Shown here piece after piece: positions 1-9,617 of a stretch of DNA of 64,000 nucleotides. Positions within the stretch are counted from its first letter, which is position 1. Each line of letters begins with the position of its first letter. The translations under genes were made by a program, and so were the position numbers. The stretch covers positions 248,001 to 312,000 of IMG/VR virus record IMGVR_UViG_3300032782_000001; one strand, 5' to 3'. The notes beneath the pieces were generated by a model. The model was not told where the DNA came from, did not search any database, and worked only from the letters and a program-made list of their open reading frames with translations.

Positions 1-1173
1 AGCTGGCATATCGTTCAAAGTCTGAATCTGAGCTTGAAGAGCAGAAGTCGTATCTTGGGCACTCTTAAGCCTGTCCCCGTCTTGGGAAGCCTGGACTGTC
101 CTACCTAATCGAGTAGCTAGAGGATCCGCTGATTCATAATCCGTGATAACGCCAGAAGTCATCACGGCCGGAGCCATATTATCAGGCGTGGACAGACTTG
201 TTTGAGGAGAGCCAGTAGACCCGAGAGGACTGTCACCAAATCGTTGATTATACCCAGCCAATTTGGAATCAAGAGCCTTCTGGTATTCTGCAGGATCCAA
301 TCCGAAATAACCGGCCCGGCCTGGTGCATCAGGATTAGCAGCTGTAGGCCTAGGACCAGGAATAGGCTTCGTTGCATCAACAAATTCCTGAGAAGTCTGA
401 GCGTTTGCCACTCCAGGCCAACCACGAATAATATTGGCAACTTGGAAATTGGCGCCATCTTGGAGGTTGTTGAAAGAGTTAAAGGCTACCTTAAAAGCCC
501 TGCTTCCCGGACGTGGAGTCGTCGTATCTGATTCAAATCCTTTGGTACTATCTCTCCATATATAATAAGTCCCCGACGATGGAGGAACGAACCCAGGTGC
601 GTCATTATTTACGTTATTGTCATCGAAGAATCCAATCGTCTGGCCGTAAGCATGGGTAGAACCCAGATTGAAATTGGTTGCACTAATCGTGTTCGGGTTA
701 TTCCCTGCTCCGTTTTCTGTAAGGGTCTGCGCATACAGGAGAGAAAGGGTAGCTTCGGTAGGAGCTTGTCCAGTGGCGTTCACATAGCCGTTGTAAAGAG
801 CCTGTCTCAGATCGCTTGCCGAGAAAGATTGATAGGCTCTAGGTTGCTCTCCACCGTTTCCTACGGATGGAACTTGACTCACCAGTCCAGCAGTACCTGT
901 AGTTGATGGGGTAGTGCTAACCGCGGGAGGAACAGCGGTAGAAACTTTCTGGAATGGGACGTAGTTAACAGGAACGTCCGGAGGAATGATTCCCACCACG
1001 AATAACTTAGCATTCCGACGAGAAGCAGTGCCGGAAGAAAATTCACCGATGTCGGAATCTGAAGCCGCTGTATCAAAAGCAATTTGCTTTGCCAGAGCAT
1101 CAAGATATACGAGTACGTCCAGTGACGGAACTTGAATCTTCGGAACGATAGTGTTGGGTGCTGAAGTCGTCAC
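1..1173 (-). CDS. Baseplate/hub-associated protein with GH73 glucosaminidase-like peptidoglycan hydrolase domain (truncated by window edge)
   Basis: Absent from the ORF track because it has no stop in the window. Hand translation from GTG at 1173 (MTTSAPNTIVP...) stays open to base 1. It contains LLYAQTLTENGAG...NFNLG, FNSFNNLQDG and GYFGLDPAEYQKAL, resembling the GH73 AQ..lEsG.G...NlfG and GYATDP.Y..kL motifs. It lies directly downstream of the tape measure and tube-initiator-like genes. Confidence 0.55.
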   Translation of the reverse strand, partial: MTTSAPNTIVPKIQVPSLDVLVYLDALAKQIAFDTAASDSDIGEFSSGTASRRNAKLFVVGIIPPDVPVNYVPFQKVSTAVPPAVSTTPSTTGTAGLVSQVPSVGNGGEQPRAYQSFSASDLRQALYNGYVNATGQAPTEATLSLLYAQTLTENGAGNNPNTISATNFNLGSTHAYGQTIGFFDDNNVNNDAPGFVPPSSGTYYIWRDSTKGFESDTTTPRPGSRAFKVAFNSFNNLQDGANFQVANIIRGWPGVANAQTSQEFVDATKPIPGPRPTAANPDAPGRAGYFGLDPAEYQKALDSKLAGYNQRFGDSPLGSTGSPQTSLSTPDNMAPAVMTSGVITDYESADPLATRLGRTVQASQDGDRLKSAQDTTSALQAQIQTLNDMPA

Positions 1174-1176
1174 CGA

Positions 1177-2067
1177 TCACCTCAAGTTAGTGTTCGTATT
1201 GTTGTTCAACACGAAATTCGGACTGAAATTCGAGGCTTGATCCAGAGTCGGAGCTGGAATGTTGGGAGCACTAGCAGGACCAACTGTTGGAGCTCCCGTA
1301 TTCTGGAATACTTGAGTACCGGCCCCAATGGACAATCCGGTCTGAAGAGCATTTTGAGACCCGGCGAATCGATAGAGCGTAGCTTCTACTTTGAACTCCC
1401 AAGTAAGCTCAAAAGAATATGCATGAGAATCGTCTTCTTTAACTTGGAAAGTCCTGAAGCTCCCGAGATAAATCCCGCGGTCATAAACACACATGACACG
1501 ACCACGAATAGCGGGAGAACCGAAACCATCAAAAACGATCCCGTTATGTCGGAAGACGTCGAGCATGTCTTCTTGACGTTCCCAGGCCATCGATCCGTGT
1601 CTGCCAGTGGCACCTGGTTGAGAATCAAATCCACCAATATTGGATCCTGTGCCATCTGATCCAGAAGCAAGACCAATCAGTGGCCCTAAAAACGCACCTG
1701 TGGTACCTTCGGCAGAAAGTGTATCCAGTTCATCTGGCCAGATGAACTCAACAAATCCACCATAAGTCATGACGACGTTTTTGCTCTTCGTGAATTTTTC
1801 TCCGAAAGTCTTCGGATTCACATGCATTGCCAACAAGAAATTCCATATTGGTTGATTTGCGGGATCTACTACTTGAAATAGAATAGGCCTCCCAATTTGG
1901 CCAGTAAATGAATTATAAGAATCATTGATTGACGGGTTCGGCGTCCGAGGCATGCGGACGTCGCCAGGGACAGTTAACCCCGTCGTCTGATTTTGTTGAA
2001 GAAGTGCACTCGTATTCCCCGGTGCAATAGTAGAAAGACCGGACGTAAAGGGGTTGGACGTCGTCAT
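1177..2067 (-). CDS. Tail tube initiator / baseplate-proximal structural protein (putative)
   Basis: 296 aa. Immediately follows the tape measure (1-bp overlap). Beta-rich core (MHVNPKTF..., YLGSFRTFQVKEDDSHAYSFELTWEFKV) typical of tube-fold baseplate proteins. Assignment is by position and motif. Confidence 0.5.
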   Translation of the reverse strand: MTTSNPFTSGLSTIAPGNTSALLQQNQTTGLTVPGDVRMPRTPNPSINDSYNSFTGQIGRPILFQVVDPANQPIWNFLLAMHVNPKTFGEKFTKSKNVVMTYGGFVEFIWPDELDTLSAEGTTGAFLGPLIGLASGSDGTGSNIGGFDSQPGATGRHGSMAWERQEDMLDVFRHNGIVFDGFGSPAIRGRVMCVYDRGIYLGSFRTFQVKEDDSHAYSFELTWEFKVEATLYRFAGSQNALQTGLSIGAGTQVFQNTGAPTVGPASAPNIPAPTLDQASNFSPNFVLNNNTNTNLR

Positions 2068-5000
2068 CAGTGCCTCCTAGCGAGTTTGTCCATTGCTCCG
2101 TATACGGCACCTTCCAATTGCTGTTGAGAAAGTCCGGAACCACTGATATTAACATTCACGGGGCCGATGGATGTATGACCTCCGCCACCGCCAGTCGTTC
2201 CACCAGCTGGCACTACATACTCACCTTGATGTAGCTTGTAAAGACCAGTGTCAGGAATGGGGCCACCCATTTGACGACTGCCTTTGGTTTTGTCTTTTAG
2301 TAATTTATCAAAGGATTCATTGACATCGCCTTCTTGAGGCAGCTTCGCTAAATCCCAAAGTGAAGCGTCGGATTTGGACAAATCTTTAGTGTGGTCGATG
2401 AGGGCCTTCTTGAATCCGTCATCACTCATTTTGGCTTCAACGATTGCATAAGCCATCATGACTTCGTCCATAGTATTTCCAATGATGTCCTCCATGAGGT
2501 GTTTCCACCGGGAGTTCATCCAACTGTTCTCGTATTTAATTCCTTTCTTCAGGATCCCCGCGACATCTTTGATTCCATCATAAATGTCGCTCTCTTGTTG
2601 GAGCTGATCTTTTCCAGTGTCGTCTACAGATCCTTGGAGATCCTTTATTTGATCATCACTAACACCCATTTGTTTCGCTACCGCTGGGTGAACCGCACCC
2701 CCACTTAATCCTGCAGCCTTAGCCATCAAAACAGTTGGGCTATTTGGCTTTGTAGATGCATCAGCAAGGGTATTCTGCGCTTGTGCAGAGTCTTTCGTAT
2801 TTTTGTTGATTTCCTCTAGGTCCATCTCCAAGTCTTCGTTAGCCTTAGCAGCTTGCTTTTCGGCTACGGTCTTATAGACTTTCTTATCAGCAGTCCCGGC
2901 TCGACGATTCTCGGCCATTTTCGCAGCTTGTTCCATCGCTTGTTTCTGCATGCGTGGGCTGACCTGACGACCTTCCTTTGTCAGAAGCTTCATCAAATTG
3001 GCGGGAAGATCTTCAGCACTCGAATTTTTGGCAACCAATTCCACAAGCTTATCAAGCTGTTCCGATCCACCGAATGAAGAAGCATCAACCATCTGCTTGA
3101 AAGTATTAGTAAGTTGTTCTGTACCACCACCAGCTTGAACCTGCTTCTTCATCATATCAGCAACATAGCTGAATGATTCCTTAGAAGTAGTCTTTCCTTC
3201 GAATGATTCTTTGAGACCTTCGATCCCCTTAATCATCTTTTGCTGAGTCTTAGCTTCGGCGGGAGTCCCGGAAATCCAATTAACTATGGCTTGATATACA
3301 TCATTAATTGTATCGAGGATCCCAGAAGCTGCTTTGAATAATTTCTCGAGCAGAAATGCAATCACGTTATCGATCTTATCAGCAATGGACATTGTCGCGT
3401 CCGATTGTTGCTGAGCCAAATCTTCAGCAGTCTGCTGACCTTCTTTCATTGTGTTAGACATTTCAGAAGCTTGAAACAAATCCTCATCCGTAGCTTCCTG
3501 CATGTCTTTCTGAGTAACACCTTCAGCCTTAATGCCCTTGCGCATGGCAATAGTCTCGCGCAATGCTTTATTCATTGATTTACTGTTAGTCTTACCATAT
3601 TGCTGCAGAAATGATTTTTGGGTTTTGAGGCTTTGCGCAGTAGAACGGAGAGCGTCATACTGCTGCTCAGAAATACCAAGCTGCTTCATGACATGCTCGG
3701 AAAGACCGTCAAATCCGGTTGTAAGAGTCTGACCAAATTTACTAAGAATTTTGTATGTGGAATAAACTCCACTGCCTCGCATGGCAGTGGCAAGATTCAG
3801 CGGTCCACCTTTCTTGCGAGCCGCTTCATAGCTCGCAAGCTTCATTGCATCACCAATTTGGTTACCGGAAATTTCTGCACCTTCTTTAGCCGCGTTACCT
3901 TGAGCCTTGGCCATGAGATCGGCCATAGACTTCTCGCCGCCTTTGTATGCCTTCTCAAATTCGTCAGGATTAATGCCATATTTTTCAAAATTCTTAGCCA
4001 TAGACTTCGCTTTCATGTCGAAGTCCTTACTGAGAGTTTTACTGACAAATCCAGTGCCCGAAATAAGAACTGTCTTCAATCTCTGCTTAAAATCCATGCC
4101 CTGGAAGCCTTTAGCAAAAGCATCCATGAAATTCTTGACATCTTTAGCACTCATCGTCTTCGACAAGAGCTTGATCGTCCCTGTCAATTCTTCTAATCTG
4201 TTCTGGTAGAGCTCAACATCCGGAAGAACTTGCCTGAAGATGCCCATGAATTTCGTCATAGGCATATTAGCCGTAGCGGCAGCTTTAACAATATTCCCCA
4301 TGAGCCCTTGGACTTGATCAGCTCCATATCCGGTTTCAGATACGAATTTGCCCATCATTCCAGCAACTTCAGTCGATTCCATCCCAAGGGCTTTGCCATA
4401 CACGATGGCATTGCGGGAAAATTCTTCCACCCCTGCTGTCACATCTCCCTTTCCGAGAGATTTCATGGTTTCCCTCGTTTTAATGAGAGAACCAGTTGAT
4501 TCCTTAGCAAATGCGTTAATGGCCTTAGCAGCAGTTTCGGAATTGGCTCCGTACCTTAATAGAGATCCGGCCGCATCCATGGACGCGTTTCGAAGGTCAT
4601 CTACGGCACTCTTATAATTTTTGGTATCAGATGTGAAGTCGTTTACGAATCCAGCACCATCCAGAAGGGCTTTATTAAGTTTGGTTTGATGCTCACTAGC
4701 AGCCTTGAGAAACCCCCAAAGAGCTCCGACTGCGGCAGCAACTAAAGCTAACGACCCGGCAGCTTGAGCAATACCGCCTGCTGCTTTTCCTACCATAGTG
4801 GCATCAGCAGTCCCCGCCCCACCTGCAATGGCAGTTCTAGCTAATCCACCTTGAGCACCTTGAGCAGCTGCCTGACCGGCCCCTGATAGGGCACTTTTGA
4901 GGCCTCCAACGCCACCACTAGAGAGACCTTTCCCTAAGGATTTTAAGATATCCTTGAAAGCGTCTTTCTTACTATAATCGGCAGACTTTTCGAGACCTTC

Positions 5001-5459
5001 TCTGAATTTTTTCTGGCTTTTGACTACATCTTTCAGTTCTTGACCATATTTCTGACCAATTTTCCTATGGTCTTCAATTTGCTTATTTAGGCTGAGAACA
5101 GAATCAGATACTTGTTTCAATTCCTCAGAAATTTTTTCTTTTTCCTCCGGAGTTTTAGCCTTCCTCATGGCCTCCGAAAGAGCCTCAGCTTCCGTCAGAG
5201 CATGATGGAGCTGATCACCAAGTGCGCCAAGTTCTTTCATTGAACTCTTGGCGGAATTAGATAGGACTTTGCCAAAATTAGCAGTAGCAGAGGAAATTTC
5301 TTTGATTTCTTTCAAAGAAATTCTGGAACTTTGAGATACCTCGGTCCAGCTAGCCTTAAGCTTGGAGAGCTTCTTTAGAACCTCAACAGAACTTCGTTCG
5401 TCAACCTTGGGGGTGACGACAACCGGAATCCCAATTCCTCCTTCACGACGAGCAGGCAT
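2067..5459 (-). CDS. Tape measure protein (putative)
   Basis: 1130 aa, Ala/Lys/Gly-rich and predicted largely helical, with hydrophobic Gly/Ala segments (LALVAAAVGALWGFL). Lies after tube and chaperone-like genes and before hub genes. Confidence 0.75.
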   Translation of the reverse strand: MPARREGGIGIPVVVTPKVDERSSVEVLKKLSKLKASWTEVSQSSRISLKEIKEISSATANFGKVLSNSAKSSMKELGALGDQLHHALTEAEALSEAMRKAKTPEEKEKISEELKQVSDSVLSLNKQIEDHRKIGQKYGQELKDVVKSQKKFREGLEKSADYSKKDAFKDILKSLGKGLSSGGVGGLKSALSGAGQAAAQGAQGGLARTAIAGGAGTADATMVGKAAGGIAQAAGSLALVAAAVGALWGFLKAASEHQTKLNKALLDGAGFVNDFTSDTKNYKSAVDDLRNASMDAAGSLLRYGANSETAAKAINAFAKESTGSLIKTRETMKSLGKGDVTAGVEEFSRNAIVYGKALGMESTEVAGMMGKFVSETGYGADQVQGLMGNIVKAAATANMPMTKFMGIFRQVLPDVELYQNRLEELTGTIKLLSKTMSAKDVKNFMDAFAKGFQGMDFKQRLKTVLISGTGFVSKTLSKDFDMKAKSMAKNFEKYGINPDEFEKAYKGGEKSMADLMAKAQGNAAKEGAEISGNQIGDAMKLASYEAARKKGGPLNLATAMRGSGVYSTYKILSKFGQTLTTGFDGLSEHVMKQLGISEQQYDALRSTAQSLKTQKSFLQQYGKTNSKSMNKALRETIAMRKGIKAEGVTQKDMQEATDEDLFQASEMSNTMKEGQQTAEDLAQQQSDATMSIADKIDNVIAFLLEKLFKAASGILDTINDVYQAIVNWISGTPAEAKTQQKMIKGIEGLKESFEGKTTSKESFSYVADMMKKQVQAGGGTEQLTNTFKQMVDASSFGGSEQLDKLVELVAKNSSAEDLPANLMKLLTKEGRQVSPRMQKQAMEQAAKMAENRRAGTADKKVYKTVAEKQAAKANEDLEMDLEEINKNTKDSAQAQNTLADASTKPNSPTVLMAKAAGLSGGAVHPAVAKQMGVSDDQIKDLQGSVDDTGKDQLQQESDIYDGIKDVAGILKKGIKYENSWMNSRWKHLMEDIIGNTMDEVMMAYAIVEAKMSDDGFKKALIDHTKDLSKSDASLWDLAKLPQEGDVNESFDKLLKDKTKGSRQMGGPIPDTGLYKLHQGEYVVPAGGTTGGGGGHTSIGPVNVNISGSGLSQQQLEGAVYGAMDKLARRH

Positions 5460-5467
5460 TGACTACC

Positions 5468-6667
5468 TCATTTTCCCTTCCCATCGGAATCTTGAGATAG
5501 ATCTAGGTGTACTTGCTTGTTGATCTGAGCACGATGCTCTCGTTTGGCTTGCTCCATACGAGCAAGTAGTTCATCGGCTTCCTTTTTACCACCTAGAATC
5601 CGGACTCCGGAACTAAGCTCTCCACCAGTATTGGAGGGCATATTTACCTGCGGAGTCATATAGATCTGCCGCTTATGTTGATTAATAATTTTCGCACGCT
5701 CCCTGAGCTTGCGTTCATGAGCTTCAATAACTCTATCGTGATGGTCCTTCTCACCCGATAGAGCTGCCGAAAGTTGTTCAGCCAATTCTTCAGCAGTTTC
5801 AGCTCGGAATCTTTTCTCCACTGTCGCAATACGCTTATCAGGAAGTTCCACCGTAGAAGGCGGTTCCGCATCTTCTCCCGCTGTTCTGTTGAGATAACGG
5901 TAGAGAATTTTCATCTTGCGTTCTTCGAGGTCGACCCTGTCTTTCTCGCGGCGCCCTCTATCACGCTCATCAACAGAACGAACTCCCTTTCCGTTAAAAC
6001 AAGAACCAATGAATTTGGCGTTATTCCAATCTCGTTCGGCTTCGTCTTTCTTATCAAGAAGTCGATTGAGAGCAACCCAAGTTTGCTGGCAGTAATTCAT
6101 CCCCAACTCTTCAGTGCCAGCAAGACCGGTTGCCATGGCAGAATGAATGGGAATGGATTGAAGATATAACCAATGATAGCGAGATTTGTTCTCATGAACA
6201 TAAATCTCGGTTAATGGATATAGCCTAGAGGCTCGTGCGTTTAGAGCACTTAGGTTTTCTACTACCTTTTCTTGAATGGACGAAGTTAGTTTGGAAATGA
6301 TTTTGATCAGCCGATTCAAATGGGTCGGCCTGGAATGAACAGCGTTTTGTCCGTCTACGAATACAATGCTGTAGGCGATAAAAGCTGCTCGAAAAGATGC
6401 GCGAGCCTCAGTCGGTGAAGATTTGGAAGGCCTTAAAAAGGCAATATTACGGAGCTCATTATGATTGAGAGTTTTGAAGACGAAAGAATGATCAGCGATT
6501 ACCGCAGTGCTAGTTAGGAAACCTAGGTAAAGATAACTTTCTAGATCTTCCCAAACAGCATCGTCGACTTTTCGATATGACTCAGGAACCTTAATTTGGA
6601 CGCGCCGGGGCGCTTGTTCCGAGTCAGGATTGCCCGGGCCCGGAGTGGAGGCCTGAGCTGGATTCAT
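5468..6667 (-). CDS. Tail assembly chaperone-like protein
   Basis: 399 aa between tube and tape measure; charged helical C-terminus. Positional inference. Confidence 0.45.
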   Translation of the reverse strand: MNPAQASTPGPGNPDSEQAPRRVQIKVPESYRKVDDAVWEDLESYLYLGFLTSTAVIADHSFVFKTLNHNELRNIAFLRPSKSSPTEARASFRAAFIAYSIVFVDGQNAVHSRPTHLNRLIKIISKLTSSIQEKVVENLSALNARASRLYPLTEIYVHENKSRYHWLYLQSIPIHSAMATGLAGTEELGMNYCQQTWVALNRLLDKKDEAERDWNNAKFIGSCFNGKGVRSVDERDRGRREKDRVDLEERKMKILYRYLNRTAGEDAEPPSTVELPDKRIATVEKRFRAETAEELAEQLSAALSGEKDHHDRVIEAHERKLRERAKIINQHKRQIYMTPQVNMPSNTGGELSSGVRILGGKKEADELLARMEQAKREHRAQINKQVHLDLSQDSDGKGK

Positions 6668-6670
6668 AGG

Positions 6671-7705
6671 CTACCTGGTGGGACGAGAAAATCTCGGATT
6701 GACATTACCGACAGCTTTATCCACAGTTGGCGGCGGGACAACTACTTTTGAAGCGGGTGCTTCAATGACTTCTGAGGGGACAGAAGGAGTGGCCTGGAAA
6801 GGCCTGTCGGGCGTTGATCCTTCACGGCCAACTGCTGGCACCTGGCTATACGCCTTAGACGGCTGCCTCGTCCTAGTGTAAGGGACTGTGGCGGGGGCTC
6901 GAGCTGCTGGTGGGGGTACCGGCACAGGGACAGTAATGGTAGGAGTTGGGGATGGGGTGGAAATCGGTGGGGGGCTGTAATTCTGTACAGCTTCCTGAGA
7001 TTGGGTGTGCTGAATCTTAGGCTGAGGAAGCGGGTCTTTGGCAACTGTAGCAAACGGATTGAATTCCACGTCTGGAATTGGAGGGTCTGGAATCGAAGAA
7101 GCCTCTTTCGGAGAACTCCGAACGGGCGTCTTATCAGACTCCAGTTTCTCTCCGAGTGAATCTTCATCTCCAGAAGCAGGAGCCTCGATGAGATTCGGCA
7201 TTCCGAGTTGTTGTCGGAGTTCCGCTGCTCTTGCTTCAATTTCTGCGAGTTCTGTAAGTGGATCTTTGGCATTCTCGAATGTGACATTCTTGAGACTGTC
7301 CTTCTTATGGGACTCCATCAGATCCACGAAGACTTCGAAAGCGCGGTCAATAAATTCACCGCCCCAAGTTGACATCTTGGCTTTAATGTACCCGGCCAGG
7401 TCTACTTTTACTTCCTTCCCGAGTCGAGGATCAGAAATGGGAAAGACAGAACCTGCAAAACGCCAAGGTCGTAAATCCAAACTATCAATGCCAACAATAG
7501 CATGAGCGATAGTAATACGCTTGGTTTCGAAAATAGTATTGGCACCAAGGTCAGCATTCGCCAACGTATCGTTGACTTTCGCTTGACTGTCTCCAGGAAT
7601 AGGAGAAAACCAGATGACTCGACCAGCAATCTCGCGTTTCCAGCACTCTGAAGTGCCGACATTCGAGATTTGTTCGTCCAGTTGCTTAAGGAAATCGACG
7701 TCCAT
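6671..7705 (-). CDS. Tail assembly chaperone-like protein with Pro/Ser/Thr-rich disordered C-terminal half
   Basis: 344 aa directly after tail tube; GGAGGA Shine-Dalgarno upstream of the ATG; low-complexity tail (PPPISTPSPTPT...). Confidence 0.45.
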   Translation of the reverse strand: MDVDFLKQLDEQISNVGTSECWKREIAGRVIWFSPIPGDSQAKVNDTLANADLGANTIFETKRITIAHAIVGIDSLDLRPWRFAGSVFPISDPRLGKEVKVDLAGYIKAKMSTWGGEFIDRAFEVFVDLMESHKKDSLKNVTFENAKDPLTELAEIEARAAELRQQLGMPNLIEAPASGDEDSLGEKLESDKTPVRSSPKEASSIPDPPIPDVEFNPFATVAKDPLPQPKIQHTQSQEAVQNYSPPPISTPSPTPTITVPVPVPPPAARAPATVPYTRTRQPSKAYSQVPAVGREGSTPDRPFQATPSVPSEVIEAPASKVVVPPPTVDKAVGNVNPRFSRPTR

Positions 7706-7706
7706 C

Positions 7707-7742
7707 CGTTCCTCCGCAGGATATTAAACCTGCGGAGGAACG
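7707..7742 (-). terminator. Perfect 14-bp stem-loop after tail tube gene; overlaps RBS of next gene
   Basis: cgttcctccgcagg-atattaaa-cctgcggaggaacg. No U-tract. On the minus strand the 3' arm contains GGAGGA 4 nt before the ATG at 7705. Confidence 0.6.
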
Positions 7743-7765
7743 CTACCATGCAACTGAATAGAAAA

Positions 7766-8440
7766 TCAGCCCGTGGGCGTGAAGAGACCAGAGCCAGCAC
7801 CAGGCTGGAGAATGGGATTGTTGCCAGAATCGAGCAGATCTCCGTAGGAATTGGGATCCGCACCATATAGACTGACACCATCCGTGACGTCGGTGCAAGT
7901 TGCCGCAGCATCTTCAGCCACGATAGCAGAATCCGAAGGGAAACTGACGGATACAGAATTGAGCCAGCATGCTTCGAAGAAGGTGACCAACGCGAAATTG
8001 GTACCACCGCTTTCAAGAACTTGCTGGATGATGGCACCACCGTCCTGAGCCGTTACGAGCTCCGAAAACACGAGCTCCGAACGGATGTCAAAGGGCCATT
8101 TGTGTTGGCGAAGAGATCGAACAAGACCATCGACACCGCCTCGGTATCCGACCTCTTGTACAATTCCGGCAGTATAGAGAAGAGTCCGGTTGAGAGTCAA
8201 GGCCATGGGCTCGGTCACACCAGGCACGAGCTCTTGGATCTTGTCACCGAAGCCAACACCGCGCACGGGATCGATAGCCCGAGATTCCGAGTAGTCGAAC
8301 GTCGAAAGGACGCCCACCTGCTTCTCCGTCGGACTGCTAGCAGTCCAAGGCTTCGAGAAAACGCGATTCTTTTGAGAAATAGCTACTCGCGTGTTAGGCG
8401 AGGAACCAGTTCTGTATATGTAGGTGTCCACATCACGCAT
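7766..8440 (-). CDS. Tail tube protein
   Basis: 224 aa; VGVLSTFDYSESRAIDPVRGVGFG..ELVPG..LTLNRTLLY and FEACWLNSVSVSF..D..IVAEDA motifs typical of T4 gp19-like tube proteins; lies upstream of chaperones and tape measure. Confidence 0.75.
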   Translation of the reverse strand: MRDVDTYIYRTGSSPNTRVAISQKNRVFSKPWTASSPTEKQVGVLSTFDYSESRAIDPVRGVGFGDKIQELVPGVTEPMALTLNRTLLYTAGIVQEVGYRGGVDGLVRSLRQHKWPFDIRSELVFSELVTAQDGGAIIQQVLESGGTNFALVTFFEACWLNSVSVSFPSDSAIVAEDAAATCTDVTDGVSLYGADPNSYGDLLDSGNNPILQPGAGSGLFTPTG

Positions 8441-8519
8441 CTGTGCATTCTCCCGTCAGCCTAGATCCTGCATCAGAATTTTCATAAACCACGTAATAGT
8501 ATACGGGGGCCGTAATATT

Positions 8520-8801
8520 ATGCAAACAGCAGCAGAGAAGGCAGCCAGGAGAAGGTTCGAAGCAAGGAGCCTCATAGACAAGCTCAAAGCGGAACCTTGC
8601 ACGGATTGTCAGAAAAAGTTCCATCCTTGTCAGATGGATTTCTGGAGGTCCGATAGAGGGACTCGTCCAATTTCCCAGATGTTGTTGAAGTCAAAGAAAA
8701 CAATCATGATGGAAGCAGCTCGTTGCGTCCTCGTATGCGCAAACTGTGGACGATTACGAACTTGGAATCAACAACGTCAAGATAGGTCTGAACCGACGTA
8801 A
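8520..8801 (+). CDS. Degenerate HNH-like Zn-binding protein
   Basis: LKAEPCTDCQKKFHPCQMDFWR...CVLVCANCGRLRT aligns by eye with the two HNH repeats in 11693..12526 but lacks the DH and CH histidines. Start placed at ATG 8520; the track start is 8424. Confidence 0.6.
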   Translation: MQTAAEKAARRRFEARSLIDKLKAEPCTDCQKKFHPCQMDFWRSDRGTRPISQMLLKSKKTIMMEAARCVLVCANCGRLRTWNQQRQDRSEPT

Positions 8802-8807
8802 TGTATC

Positions 8808-9233
8808 TTGGAATTGATGGAAATCCAGAGGCACTGCAGTTATTGTGGGAAAACCGGCCACGACCGTCGATCCCATTTTAGTGCCATGTCAATGAGAAAG
8901 AACCAGCCGCGACATTGCAGCCAATGCGGGCACGTTGGTCATGATAGAAGAACCTGCAGTCACACGAGACTTCATCTCTCCGTCAGAAAGTGCTTAGGGG
9001 AGAGACTCGTAGACGGAGAGATCTATCAAGTATTGGAGTGTGGGCACGCTGTCCCGGCCACGTTGGACGCGGACGGAATGTGGGTTCAGGAATGGCGTCA
9101 ATGTTACCAGTGTAAAGAAGGAAAGCCGGCTTGCAAACCTCTTTACGAAGGAGAGCCAACCTATGATTTCCGACGCAAATCTTGGAAACAATTCCAATTC
9201 AATCGTCAGAAATTGACGACAGAATTACAATAG
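8808..9233 (+). CDS. Protein with two CCHC zinc-knuckle-like motifs and a further Cys/His cluster
   Basis: CSYCGKTGHDRRSH and CSQCGHVGHDRRTC, then LECGH...CYQC. Confidence 0.65.
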   Translation: MELMEIQRHCSYCGKTGHDRRSHFSAMSMRKNQPRHCSQCGHVGHDRRTCSHTRLHLSVRKCLGERLVDGEIYQVLECGHAVPATLDADGMWVQEWRQCYQCKEGKPACKPLYEGEPTYDFRRKSWKQFQFNRQKLTTELQ

Positions 9234-9241
9234 TATATTCT

Positions 9242-9586
9242 GTGGATATTCATCAACTCAAAGCCATCGCAAAACGCGGCGGGATCGTTAAATGGATCGC
9301 TTCGGGCATGTACGAAAAGCTCGGAATGCTAGGAAAGCGAGTCACGGCTCAAGGGCCTAATTCCCCAATCCATTTCTTGTCTGGCGATCGAACCAAATTC
9401 CATTGTGTTGAAGTGAATCCGAAATCCACGGTCCCCGCGGGAGAATTGTTATTTCCTCGAGGCCCCGTTCCCTACGGATTGATCGTGAGTTCACATTACA
9501 AGTATAAAGAAACTGTGCGCTTCAAAGCTGAAGCCCGTGAACGTAAGAAGAACATGAAGATCGTAGCTGAAGTCATGGAATCCTGA
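9242..9586 (+). CDS. Hypothetical protein with C-terminal VMES tag
   Basis: Ends KIVAEVMES*. In-frame GTG at 9242 lies 5 nt after TAGTAT; the track start at 9182 overlaps the previous gene. Confidence 0.65.
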   Translation: MDIHQLKAIAKRGGIVKWIASGMYEKLGMLGKRVTAQGPNSPIHFLSGDRTKFHCVEVNPKSTVPAGELLFPRGPVPYGLIVSSHYKYKETVRFKAEARERKKNMKIVAEVMES

Positions 9587-9617
9587 AAGTATTCGATAGC
9601 AGATGTAAAAGCATTCC

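Noticed and set aside
5468-7705. Programmed frameshift between the two chaperone-like genes (lambda G/GT style)
   Set aside because: Both ORFs have their own start and stop, separated by 3 nt; I found no convincing slippery heptamer near the first stop.
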